From Eledone cirrhosa (taxonomy: Eukaryota): a stretch of DNA of 64,000 nt. The position numbers were made by a program, and so were the translations under genes. The notes under the pieces are model-generated. The model searched no databases. It had not been told where the DNA came from and was given only the letters and a program-made list of their open reading frames with translations. The first letter of the stretch is position 1. Each line of letters begins with the position of its first letter. Shown piece by piece: positions 12,761 to 25,124 of the stretch. The stretch lies in contig OZ024743.1 of assembly GCA_964016885.1 (NCBI GenBank), positions 230,268,001 to 230,332,000 on the forward strand, in the 5' to 3' direction.

Positions 12761-13535
12761 TTCTATGGCCAATAATATGAGGAAAAATGGAAAATGGAAA
12801 ATGCTGTAGCGAGTAATAATATGAATTGAGAAGTAATTGGGAATTACAAGTTACAGATTAAAGATTAGAAGATGATAGATAATTTAAAAGAATTTGAAAT
12901 TAAAAGTTGATGAAGAGAAAAAGGGGTTGAGAATAATATTAAGTTAAGGTTTGTATATGGAAGGGATTAATAATATGTGCGAGGAAAAGAAATTGTTAAT
13001 ATGTATTATTAAAATAAAAATATTAATGTTATTAAGGATATAATGTGAAAAGAAGTAGAAGAGTGGATGAGTTAAGAATTTAGAGGAATTAGTTAGCGTT
13101 TAAGTTTGTTTTTATGTAATGTAATATGTGTGCGTAATATATGTATGTAAATAGTTTGTTTAAAAATGAGCGCAGAAAGCAAAGAAGAAAAGAATGTTTA
13201 AGGAAGAAAAACATATCTAACATCAAAAAAATATATATGTTTACGAAATATTTTCTAATGGTAATAATATAATATATTAAAAGAAATTAGTTAGGGTCTA
13301 AGTTTGTTTTTATGTATTGTAATATGTAATATGTAAAAGTCAAACGAGCATGAAAGGAAGAGATAAGGAATTTAAGGAAGAAAAATCTAACGTCAAAAAA
13401 TGTTTATGTTTACGAAGGACTATTAAAGGTAATACTATAATGTATTAAAAAGATAATAATATTTTTTATGGCCAATGATATGAAGAAAGATGGAAGAAAT
13501 CATTGCTTTATTGTGCTACAATAAAACTCACCTCC

Positions 13536-13601
<66 letters not shown>

Positions 13602-13874
13602 AATTAATAAATCTGTACTCCAATGGTACTAGGTAGTCGCATTGGATGGAGTCAAACGATGTCGGAGATTGCTCAACGTATAATAAAATATGCTTTAAAA
13701 TCCGGAGAAAATATGAAGAAGAAGTTTATGAAATGGAAATGCAGGTATAAAGAATATATTAGGTAACAATTGTTTCTATAGTGTGTGGGTTACCTATACC
13801 TCGGTATTTGTATAATATAAAAATATTATTATAAATCGTAGGTACACTGTAAGAGAACACACCATGTCGACATG

Positions 13875-13942
<68 letters not shown>

Positions 13943-13943
<1 letters not shown>

Positions 13944-14742
13944 AAATTAAGATAAATTTGTGAAATATTAATTGGTGAAATATTAATATTAATTGGTGAA
14001 ATATTAATTGGTGAAATATATTTCTTTATTGGAATATATACAGGGAAGATTAATTATATTAAAAGGTATCTATTTTTGAAGTTCTAGTCAACTTTATTTA
14101 TTTGTTACCCAACTAGCTATGCGTGATTACACGCTTGTAAAAATTATCTCCTGTGATTATTCATGTATATATATGTTAATCAATTTATAGTTATTATAAA
14201 ATGCTCAGACCTACAAGATATTATTATCCGGGCGATATGGCGCACGCCGCTATGGCATGACACCCACAATTTAGATTTGGATTAAATTCATTTAATTTAT
14301 CTTAATTTTGGATATAGATATATAAATACGGCTCCTTAATTGTAGAGCTAACTCTGTTGAAAGGAATCGACTGCTGTTTCTAGTTGTCGAATACCTATTC
14401 ACGCCACTGAGACGAAGCTGCTGTGATGTGTAAACACAACACGTGGTAGCGGCCAGTTAAAGATTTGAACTCGCTGTGTAAGCATGGATTGCTGCACATT
14501 CTTCTTCCTTGTTGATAATCCAAAAATATCCACTTTCCGTGAATTACCATCTGATTAATTGGTGAAATATATTTCTTTAATGGAATATATATAGGGAAGA
14601 TTAATCATATTAAAAGGTATCTATTTTTGAAGTTCTAGTCTGCTTTATTTATTTGTTACCCAACTAGCTATGCGTGGTTAAACACTTGTAAACATTATCT
14701 CCTGTGATTATTCATGTTTATATATGTTAATCAATTTCTAGT

Positions 14743-14747
<5 letters not shown>
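13943..14747. repeat. Family E: element with ~190-bp direct repeats (14008-14197 / 14560-14747) in (TA)n
   Basis: ttggtgaaatatatttcttt..tagttattata is duplicated; the left end caaaattaagataaatt is inverted at ~14295. Confidence 0.75.
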
Positions 14748-14820
<73 letters not shown>

Positions 14821-14825
<5 letters not shown>

Positions 14826-15013
14826 TACTTGTCTCGCTCGCATTACGCGATTTACTTGTCCCAATAGCTTTATTTAGCTATTACTCGCACCAACTGGAGG
14901 TATATGATTTATAAAGCGATGAAATACCAATGAAGGTTGGAAAATCACTGATGAAGGACTATTTTTATCATATGTAACCCATATGCAACCACGCAGTATT
15001 CATTCTTCTCATG

Positions 15014-15015
<2 letters not shown>
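14821..15015 (+). repeat. Family A core fragment
   Basis: aaagcgatgaaataccaatgaaggttggaaaatcactgatgaaggac; near-identical in reverse to 44101-44290. Confidence 0.8.
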
Positions 15016-15047
<32 letters not shown>

Positions 15048-15053
<6 letters not shown>

Positions 15054-15243
15054 AAGGAATTGCGGTAAGGAACCAGATGGACCATAACGCACCAGAGTAC
15101 TCAATACTTAGGGTAGTAGAGTGGGAAATAGGAAAAAGTATGGCCCCGACGGCAGAGCTCAAGCCGTTTCGACGGCTATTTCAGTGCAGAGATAGCCGTC
15201 GAAACGGCTTGAGCTCTGCCGTCGGGGTCTTACTTTTTCCTAT
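15048..15243. mobile_element. Family F fold-back mini-element with hammerhead 3' half
   Basis: Palindrome centred at ~15185 (gacggctatttc agtgca gagatagccgtc), followed by GAAAC-ggc..gcc-GTC-gggg; in (TA)n. Confidence 0.8.
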
Positions 15244-16704
15244 ATAATATATATATATATATATATATAATTTTCTTATGTAGCATTGTCCTGTGAATCC
15301 TATATATGAATGGTAGTAGATTGCTATTTGAGGGCGGTTTGGCTGCCGGTTATTGCAAATGAAGGCAACGCAGAAATGCACTCCCAGTGACAACAACATT
15401 ATTCCTGAACAAACAATATATTGTTGCCAAACGTTTCTTATTTTGACTGCTTTATCATTTTAAATCATTTCATTGTTTTCTAACTTAGATTTCCAAGCCT
15501 AAAACGTGCTAATTTTTACCACCACCACTGAATCTGGTACTTAGTCTTGATATATGCATATATATATATATATATATGCATATATGTTCAGACTTGGAGA
15601 GTGATGGGCTGAGCAAGGTTAAACATGCTCAAGCTACGCTGTGTCAGGACGAGGCCCGTCGAATAAATAAAGGCAGTAGATTCATGTATATTAGTCTCCG
15701 TCTCTCTACTCTCTCTCTCCCCGCTCTCTCTTTCTCTCTCTCTCTCCCTCTCTCTCTTTATATATATATGTATATATACATGTATGTATATACACACACA
15801 TACGTATATATAGGTGTGCGTGTGTGCGTGAGTTTTCGTGTATAATGACATCGACCTGAAGTGGTGAAAGAGTGAAATGTTATGCAGTACAATGAGAAGA
15901 TAATCATGTTTTACCATAATCAATGTAAACATTTCAATAAACACTAAATTGTCAGTTGATAAAGCAAAGGTCAAATTACATCTCTGACATATATGTTCAT
16001 ATTCTACATTTCTATTTTTTTTTTTCTTGTAGTCGTAGTCGTGCTATTATTTTAATGTTTATATTGTAGTCTTTTGTTTGACTCCTTTGATTATGCAAAC
16101 ACATCCTTACATCTATCTAGGTGCACACACACGCGCTAACGCACACACATACACACAGTCACGTAGCCACATACACACATCACTAACAGAAAATACAAGA
16201 CAAACACTCACAAACACACACACAAACACACATGCGCACACGCACACACGCATTCACACACACACACATATATATATATATACATATATATATATATGTC
16301 TGTGTGTGTGTATGTGTGTGTGTCCGTGTGCGTATGTGCGTATGTATGTGCAATCGTGTTTCCTTTAAAAACGTTTGTTGAAATTTGATGATTGCTATGA
16401 TTTTTTTTTCTTTAGAAACGCTGCCAAAGCGCCGCCAAAATGCAATGAACTATAAATAATAGTTGAATAAGTTAGATAAATTGTTCCTGAACCGAGAGAA
16501 AAATGCATAGAAAATAACGCTTGAAGCGATTCAAAAATCTGTCTTATACTGGACGACCGAATTTAAACATTATAGCAAAGCGTTTCTAGCAGCTCAGTCC
16601 CGCCTTTTAGCATATTTAATTGTCAAGTTAGAAATGTATGTGTGTATGTATGTATGTATGTATGTATGTATGTATGTATGTATGTATGTATGTATGTATG
16701 TATG

Positions 16705-16765
<61 letters not shown>

Positions 16766-16899
16766 TTAGGTTAATAGGAGTTAGGTATTGTATACCCGTG
16801 TCCCATTAAGGTATTGGCAGCATAATAATTAGCTCTATGCTTTGGAGCAGAGCCGTATATATAATAAAGAACACAAGAGCGTCTAAAACATCAAAAGAT

Positions 16900-16959
16900 T
16901 TTTATTGGCTTACAATGTTTCTTCCTTACGTAACCGTAGGATTCGTCAGAGCTATAAAA
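16900..16959 (-). ncRNA. Type I hammerhead ribozyme (family J)
   Basis: Minus strand: ttttatagct-CTGACGA-atcctacggttacgtaaggaa-GAAAC-att-GTA|agccaataaaa. Confidence 0.8.
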
Positions 16960-17890
16960 GGGGTTTGATTGGTGTTATGGACTCTACCAACCAAACATTC
17001 AAGAACAAAGAGTAAAGAGAGTAAAGAGCAAAAGTAGGGGACGATAAGTCTAATTTTGGTGCGGGAGGGTGGGGTGTGGGTCCTTGTTTACTAGCTGCGG
17101 TCATATTCATTCCCGGGAGTCGAGTGGTTAGCTGAACCATAGATGGGGTGGCGTCGATAGCATGGTGCAGAGGGTGTGCAGAGGCTACACAAACACAAAG
17201 GGCATACAATATATATATATATATATATATAACGGAGGAGAAAGTACATGAGGTAATTAGAAATGGAAAAAGAGTAATAATAATAATCTATAATTAATAA
17301 TGTATAATAAGGCATGGGGGAGATTACACTATAATAAGGTTTAAAAGTAAGAATAAGGTAAAATATAAAGGAGGATAAAAGTGGAAATAATAAAGATAAA
17401 AAATATATATGTAAAAAAAATATATATATAGAGAATATATAAAGAAATATAAGCGAGTATTTGGAGGGGAAAACACAATGTAAAAAAACCGATTTTTTCA
17501 AATAAAAATAAAAATATTATAATTATGGGGGGAGAAAACGGGATAGAGAAATATGATCAAATGTGATTAGTTGAGAGAATATAAGATGATAATAGTTATG
17601 TCAAGTTTATACATCTTAATAATAAATAATCTGTGTATCAGAGTTACAGAACCTTCAATTCACTTACAGGTTCAAGCCACGTGGCATAGTCCATTGTTTA
17701 TCTGTGCGGTCATGCGTGTTTGTTTTTGACACCACAGCAGATGCACAAGTTCGTAAATTCCAATGCAGATAGAAATCTATTTTTGCTCACCCGGACATTG
17801 ACGGAGGATCCAATATTTTTGCTCTTTACTCTCTTTACTCTTTGTTCTTGAATGTTTGGTTGGTAGAGTCCATAACACCAATCAAAGCCC

Positions 17891-17950
17891 TTTTATAGCT
17901 CTGACGAATCCTACGGTTACGTAAGGAAGAAATATTGTAAGCCAATAAAA
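17891..17950 (+). ncRNA. Type I hammerhead ribozyme (family J, inverted copy)
   Basis: CTGACGA at 17901-17907, stem II tcctacg/cgtaagga, GAAAt-att-GTA, bulged stem I ttttat-agct / agc-ca-ataaaa. Confidence 0.75.
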
Positions 17951-17997
17951 ATATTTTGATGTTGTAGACGCTCTTGTGTTCTTTATCATATACTTTA

Positions 17998-18037
<40 letters not shown>

Positions 18038-18041
<4 letters not shown>

Positions 18042-19600
18042 TAAACGGAATAGAAAATGCTGAAAAATTGTTCACAGTTGAAAAATGGTTTAATTAGGAA
18101 TAAAAGAGTATTAGTGATTGTATGGGTTAGTATTCAGTTGTGGTTTTAAGTTTTTAAGTTTTAGGGTGATTTCCAGGTATCCCATGACTAGGTTGGCATA
18201 AGTAGGGGCTGTTTTCGTTCCCATAGCGTTTCCAGATTTCTGTCTGTAGGATTTGTTATTGAAAACGAAGTAATTGTTCTCCAAGATAAATTTGAGTCCC
18301 TCTATCACGAATTCTTTTTTGATGCGTTGTGGAGTTCATTGTGGAAATTATCCAGCCAGAATTGGATAGCTTCTAATCCTAGGTTGTGGGGATGTTGGAG
18401 TATAGGTTGACTACATCGAACGTCACTAGTAGGGTTTGTTCAGAAAGTGGCATATTAGGGAGGTGATTGAGCATATCTAGGTCGTCCCTTATATAGCTTT
18501 TGATGTGCTTGAGGAAGGGTTTGAGAAGGGTATCAATGAAGTTGCTAAGACGGTGCGTTTCGCAAGCGGGGCCTGCTATTATAGGTCTTAATTTGAGATC
18601 ATTGAGGGGACATTGATGACTATGTCTGTGGCTTCCTTGCATGCCTTACTTATTGATTCGCTTTTATGTACTTTAGGGATACCGTAGAAAAGGCTGAATT
18701 TACTTGTGAAGTCTGTGATGAAGCTGAATTCCTTGTTAGTGAGTCCTTCTTTGTATTGGTTGATTAGAGTTTTTAGGTTTCTCATAATTTTCTGTTGATT
18801 GTAGTGTTCAGCCTTTTCGTAGTATGTTTCGTTTTCCAAAGTGGAGAGCGCTAAGTTGATATAGAATTCTGTCTCCATTAGGACTACTGTACTCCCTTTA
18901 TCAGCCTCTTTAATTGTAATGGTTCTGTCGGTTTTTAATCTATTTAATTCTTCCCATTCTTTCTTGTTGAGGTTTGGCTTGTGTTTTTGTCTGTGCAAGT
19001 GTTGGTAAGGGAAGTTTGTGATGTGTTCATAGAATTCGTCCAGGATTTTATTTCTACCTTTTGAAGAGGTGTAATTGCTTCTATTTCTGGCTAATGATTG
19101 ATCCTCATTGTACTGGTCGAATAGTTGTTCACTAAGTCGTAACTTTCTACAGAAGTCTGTGATGTCTTCCTTCATTTCATAGTAGTTAGGACGTAGTAGG
19201 GTCGCTGTGAATTTAAGACCTTTGGAGAGTAAGTTGATAAGGTTGGGTGTTGGTTCTGCACTAGTAAGATTGATAATTTGTATTACTATCGGTTTCTCCT
19301 CCCTGTCTTGTGTTATTTTGTTTGCCTGTATCTGTGTGCTGTGTCTAAAAAATGGTTGGGGTAGAGGGGTTGTCTGCTGATGTTAAGTGGTCTCCTGTGT
19401 TTGTTATATTCCTTGTTGTTGTAAAATGTGGTTCGGGTTGGTGGTTGTAGATTGAATGGGGTGTTCCTGTACTGCGAGTATGGGTGTGTGTTTCTATGTG
19501 CCATGTTGTATTGTGGTGTTATAAATGGCCTACGTTGTTGGTTGTATCGTGTGGTGTGGGTTTGTTGTGTATTGTGGAAGTGAGAGTTGAGAAAATGGTA
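18038..19600 (-). mobile_element. Neptune-like Penelope element, internally deleted; RT N-terminal half with frameshifts plus upstream ORF remnant
   Basis: Motifs IINLT..LLSKGLKF, ITIKEADKGSTVVLM, FYGIPKVHK, LRPIIAG, LVTFDVVNLYSNIP, YRQKSGNAMGTKTAPTYANLVMGYLE. After these it joins a terminal repeat (18038-18162) shared with 57039-57435. Confidence 0.9.
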
Positions 19601-19919
19601 ATTAGCTTGCTGCCCCCTTGAAGCGGGGAAGTTGTTGCATCTATCATGGCAGTGGTATCTTTTCCCTATATATATATATTTACTTACTCTTGGAGCAACA
19701 GATTCGAAAAAATTCCCGATGTAAGGTTAGCATATCTTTGTTTATTTTTTTATATATGAATATTGATTGTTCCTTATATCTCATTCTGTTATTTTGCCCG
19801 AGAAAATATCTGTGTGTGTCATCAAATGTTGTACACACATAGATATTTTTTCAATTTCCAATTGAGTTCTTAGCACGTGGCCTGAATCCCTTTCAGAGTT
19901 CATTGTCAGGCACCCGTAT

Positions 19920-20228
19920 TATTGGGGCACCCACTAATGAATTATAGGAGCCCACTTGAATATATATCTATTGATGGTATAAAAGCTCCTACATAAAATG
20001 GTATAATTTCACCCAAATTGTAGGAGTCCTATAATGAAACGAGACGTCCGTCTGGGAAGAAATATATTAGATATATCTCATATGAAATAATACAGCCAAT
20101 TTTCCACGCAATACTTTTAGTTAGCACCCCGAAACGCTTAATTGGGAATATAATCACTTATTTCCTAATGTTTCTTGAGTGATTTGGAATTTGGCCGGAG
20201 TATCGCTATAAAGCTTTCTCCGATATTG
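19920..20228. repeat. Dispersed ~310-bp repeat; inverted copy at ~43423-43730
   Basis: aataatacagccaattttccacgcaatacttttagttagcacccc vs reverse complement of ggggtgctaactatagtgtattacgtggaaagtcggctgtattatt. Confidence 0.7.
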
Positions 20229-20324
<96 letters not shown>

Positions 20325-20388
20325 TGTATGTATGTATGTATGTATGTATGTATGTATGTATGTATGTATGTATGTATGTATGTATGTA

Positions 20389-20438
<50 letters not shown>

Positions 20439-20502
20439 TGAGTGTATGTATGTATGTATGTGTGTATGTATGTATGTATATATATGTCTGTGCTCTATAT
20501 AT

Positions 20503-23197
20503 CAGTGTGTTCGTGCTCTTCGTGGAGCTGAGTGCTGGACGGATCACCGCCTGGTACGCGCAAAAGTGAAACTAATCACTAAACGTAAAATCCGGGCTAC
20601 TGGTGTTGCCCTGCCCAAAAGATTGAATGCTGCTCATCTTAAGGATAAAAATGTGAAGAGGACATTGGAAGAAGAGATGCAGGCTGCAGATCTTGGTGAG
20701 GATTGGCCGACCCTTAAAAAAGTCGGTTTATGATGTAGGCAGGCGTGTTCTGGGATTGGTGCAGAGAAAACATCAGGACGGGTTTAATGAGAATGATGTA
20801 AATATAGAAGACTTGTTGGCTGATAAGAGGCGTGCTCTGTCACGCTACTTGACGGCAAAACCACAGGAGAGCAATACGTTGCATGAGGAACTCAAGGATG
20901 TAAAATCACGTGTTAGGCGGAGTCTTTCTCAGATGAAGGATCAGTGGTTGAGTGAGAAGGCTGGTGAGATACAAACTGCGTCAGATTCCAATAACACAAA
21001 GCTGTTGTACAGTCTCTTGCGTGAGGTTTATGGACCGTCTTCTTCTCTGGTGACACCGCTTCGCAGCAAGGATGGCAGAGAACTTCTTTGTGACTCACAA
21101 GGAATTCTACGAAGGTGGCGAGAGCACTTTGATGATCTTTTGAATTAGCCGTCTGTCGTCAGTGAAGATTTTCTCAGTCTCATTCCAGAAAGTCCTGTGA
21201 AAGTAGCTCTCGCAGAACCTCCGACGCTTGTGGAGGTTGCAGTGGCTATCTCGAAGCTGAACAGTGGAAGGTATCCAGGTATGGATGGCATACATGCTGA
21301 GCTCCTACAATGTAGTGGTGAGAGACTCCTGCAACATCTTCACTCTTTGTTTGGCAGGATATGGGCTAATGAATCCGTACCTGAGGACTGGAGAGATGCA
21401 GTAATGGTGGTCTTGTACAAGGGAAAGGGTAACAGGAATGATTGTGGGAACTACAGAGGTATATCATTGCTTTCTGTCGTAGGGAAAGTTTTATGTAGGG
21501 TGCTTCTGGACCGTCTGCTGACACACATTGCAAATTGTGTTCTCCCTGAAAGTCAATCCGGTTTTCATGCTGGACGCAGCACTACTGATATGATCTTCTC
21601 AGCTAGACAGCTCCAGGAGAAGTGCATGGAATAAGGTTTGGATCTGCATCAGGTTTTTGTCGATCTGACAAAAGCTTTCGATACTGTTAACAGAGATGCA
21701 TTATGGAAGGTTCTCCAGAAACTTGGTTGCCCTGATAAGTTCCTTGCTTTAGTTAGATCTTTCCATGACGACATGAAGGCTTGGGTTAATGTCTGAGGTA
21801 ACATGTCAGAGCCTATCTCAGTAAAAAATGGAGTGAAACATGGGGATATTCCGGCACCGACCCTGTTTGCCATATATTTTGCAATGGTTTTCTGTAATGC
21901 ATTCAGGAATTGCGAGCATGGTGTTTACATCCGATATCGAACATCAGGCAGCATATTTAACATCAGGCACATAGCTGCAAAGACAAAAGTATTTACATTA
22001 ATCATAAGAGACCTCTTGTATGCAGATGATTGCAATCTTGTAGCGCACACAGAGAGTGATATGCAGCACATTTTGAATGCATTTTCTGACGCTTGCACTG
22101 CCCTAGGATTGACTGTTAGTTTCAAGAAAACCGTCGTCATGTACCAACCTGCCCCTGGTAAGCAGTACACTGAACCAAATATCTATGTGTATGGTAAACG
22201 ACTTGGGGTGGTTGATCAGTTTGTCTACCTGGGAAGCACTGTCAATCGATACAGCAACCTTGACAGTGAAATCTCACTTAGGATTAGGAAAGCAAGTGAT
22301 GCATTCGGAAAGTTAGAAAGGCGACTCTGGGTTCGAAGAGACATATGCAGGAGGACAAGGCATGTGTAAAAGGCATGTGTGCTCTCTTGTCTTATTTATG
22401 CCTGCGAGACCTGGGTCACATATCGACACGACCTTAAGCAATTGGAGCGTTTCCATCAGATGTGTCTCAGACGGATCCATGGCGTTCACTGTAGGGACCA
22501 CATCAGTGATGTCGAGATTTTGGAAAGCTCTATGTGTGACAGTATAGAAGCTCTTGTGCTTAAGCAACGACTCCGTTGGAGTGGTCACCTTGCCAGGAGG
22601 AAGGATTCTAGAATACCAAAACATCTCTTTTATGGAGAGTTGGTTAAAGGAAAACGACTGCCACATAAACCAAAAAAGAGGTATAAGGATTCCTTGAAAG
22701 CCTATTTGAAAGACGCTAACATCACTGCTGATACATGGGAAAATGTTGCTGCTGATCGTAATACAGGGAGAAAGACTGTATATGAGGGAAAAGTTGCCTT
22801 TGAGGCATCTCGAATCGCATACGAGAAAGTAAAGCGGGATGAGAGGAAGAGCATTGCAGTTGCACTTCCAGACGGCGAAGGTCCTGCTATGGTGCTGACA
22901 TGCAGCGTCTGTGCGAGACTCTGCCTAAGCAAAGCTGGACTCGAAAGTCATCTTCGCAGTCATAAAGTAAGACCAGTGGTTGACTACCAGGCTGCTGTTG
23001 GAGATGCTACTCATCATGCTTGCCAAGCATGTGGTAGAGAATGTAAATCAGCAGGAGGGCTCAAACGACATGCAAACGTAGATGAACTCCAACCACAGCC
23101 GGCTATTCCCAGTGAATGTTTTGGTTGCCGACTCTGTGCAAGACATTTTAGATCATTGGCTGGGCTAAAAAGCCACATTCGATCGCAGCGTTGTTAG
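20503..23197 (+). pseudogene. 5'-truncated RTE-clade LINE ORF (AP-endonuclease tail, RT, three C2H2 fingers), with several stops and frameshifts
   Basis: Motifs AECWTDHRLVRA, PGMDGIHAELL, GNYRGISLLSVVGK, PESQSGF..GRSTTDMIF, FVDLTKAFD, GVKHGDIPAPTLF, LLYADD, QFVYLGS, LRWSGHL..YGEL, CSVC..SHLRSH. Confidence 0.95.
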
Positions 23198-23407
23198 TTG
23201 CTATCGTGTGTGTGTGTATAGATATGTTTATGTGTATGCGTGTGTGTGTATATACATATGTATATGTGTATTATTATTGTTGTTGTTGTCGTTATTATTA
23301 TTGTTGTTATTATTATCATTATTATTGTCATTAATGTATATGTGTGTATGTATATATATATGTGTGTATATATGTATATGTATGTGTGTATATGTATGTG
23401 TGTATAT

Positions 23408-24012
23408 GTCAGGTCACCAGTTGGTGCTACTGGTAACATGTATCCCGGTACAACCTGTCCCATACTCGGGTCGTTGGCGACTAAATTGGCAACCCCACCA
23501 AGGTTTCTTGGTGAGGAGGGTGACTTTGGACATCCTACAGGACTAAAAACAAAACCTGTCAAAGGGTAAAGGAGCTCTTAAGAGTCAATGGCCATCCAAA
23601 ATCACCGGGAGAGATGACCCCTTAGCCTTTGTCAAGGCAGAATTCTAGGAGAAGGAAAACTCTGATATAACACCTGCAACCCTGATGGTATACAATGATG
23701 TTGACTTGTTCTTCTTTTTGTTAAATATCATCTTGGTTAAGAGAGTGGGACTGGCTTTGTGCAGTGCCTTTGCTCACTATAAAAGCTTCACGGCACAGGC
23801 ATTGCTTTATACCTGGAGATCTCTCTGCACTTGTCACATGGTACCATGAGCCAAGCACTATGTGTCAATAATTGTCACAAGTGTAGTGTTTGTACCAGAG
23901 TTTTCAAGTCGCTGGCTGGACTAAAAAGTCACACTCGTTCAGCACATCGGTAGGGGTTCTCCTACATGGATATAAAGTAGTGGCCGTACTCGAAAACGAG
24001 TTGGCAGCCACC
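23408..24012 (+). mobile_element. Probable non-autonomous RTE derivative (5'UTR-like region joined to last zinc finger and 3' tail)
   Basis: The 3' part encodes ..KSLAGLKSHTRSAHR*, paralogous to RSLAGLKSHIRSQR at 23150. The tail gtggccgtactcgaaaacgagttggcagccacc is repeated at 24101-24137. The 5'UTR assignment is inference. Confidence 0.55.
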
Positions 24013-24149
24013 ATATATATATATATATTTCTTTTTCTTTTCTTTTCTTTTCTTTTTTATTTATTTATTAATATATATATATATATTTTTTCTCCTCGTG
24101 CAATGGCCATACTCGATAACGAGGGGGTAGCCATCATGTATATATATAT

Positions 24150-24193
<44 letters not shown>

Positions 24194-24799
24194 TTCTGGT
24201 TTTATAATTTCACAAATTGTTGCCAATAGAGAGAGAGAGTCGGTTTCTAACATAGACACAATACTTTCTCATTAGAATGTACACAACATCAACAAGGTAG
24301 ATATGTCTACATGTCAGCATGTGTAGATATGGATGTTATTGTATGTGTGGATGTTTATGTTTTGAGTTGTATGTGTGCATGTATGCATGTATGATAGTAC
24401 GTAAGAATGTATGTATGGACGTAACTTTGGATGCATTTATGTATGTTTGTATGTATGCATGTATATATGTTTAATGATATTTGTATCTGAGTTCAAAACC
24501 TGTCTACTATCCTTGTCGGTAAATAAATACCATCACCATACTGGATGTTACGTAGGACTAAAAAAGGCAATGTCCCGAGGCGTCCTTAGTCTATTTGTGA
24601 AAGCATGATAAAACAGAAAACAGAAATATAAGAAAGACTATACATTTTAAAAGAGATTTGCCGATTTTCGATTGGCTTAAACAGTAAGAAGAATCCACTT
24701 GCAAATATGAAATGTCTTTCGTGAAAACGATAACATTTGAAAACTTGTGTATATGAATCATACAGTATATACACCCCGATTAACAACTCCACTCACACC

Positions 24800-25121
<322 letters not shown>

Positions 25122-25124
<3 letters not shown>

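Larger units (their letters stand above)
11467..13538 (-). mobile_element. Family D long copy: non-coding PLE-derived element with ~38-bp inverted termini, internal A/G-rich duplications and two nested SINEs
   Basis: gtaggaggtgagttttattgtagcacaataaagcaatg (11467) is inverted at 13501-13538. Both ends abut (TA)n. 11940-12340 resembles 12870-13490. Confidence 0.75.
16765..17995. mobile_element. Family J element with ~180-bp inverted repeats (16860-17035 / 17817-17992), each with a hammerhead
   Basis: Direct reverse-complement match; bounded by (TA)n. Confidence 0.85.
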
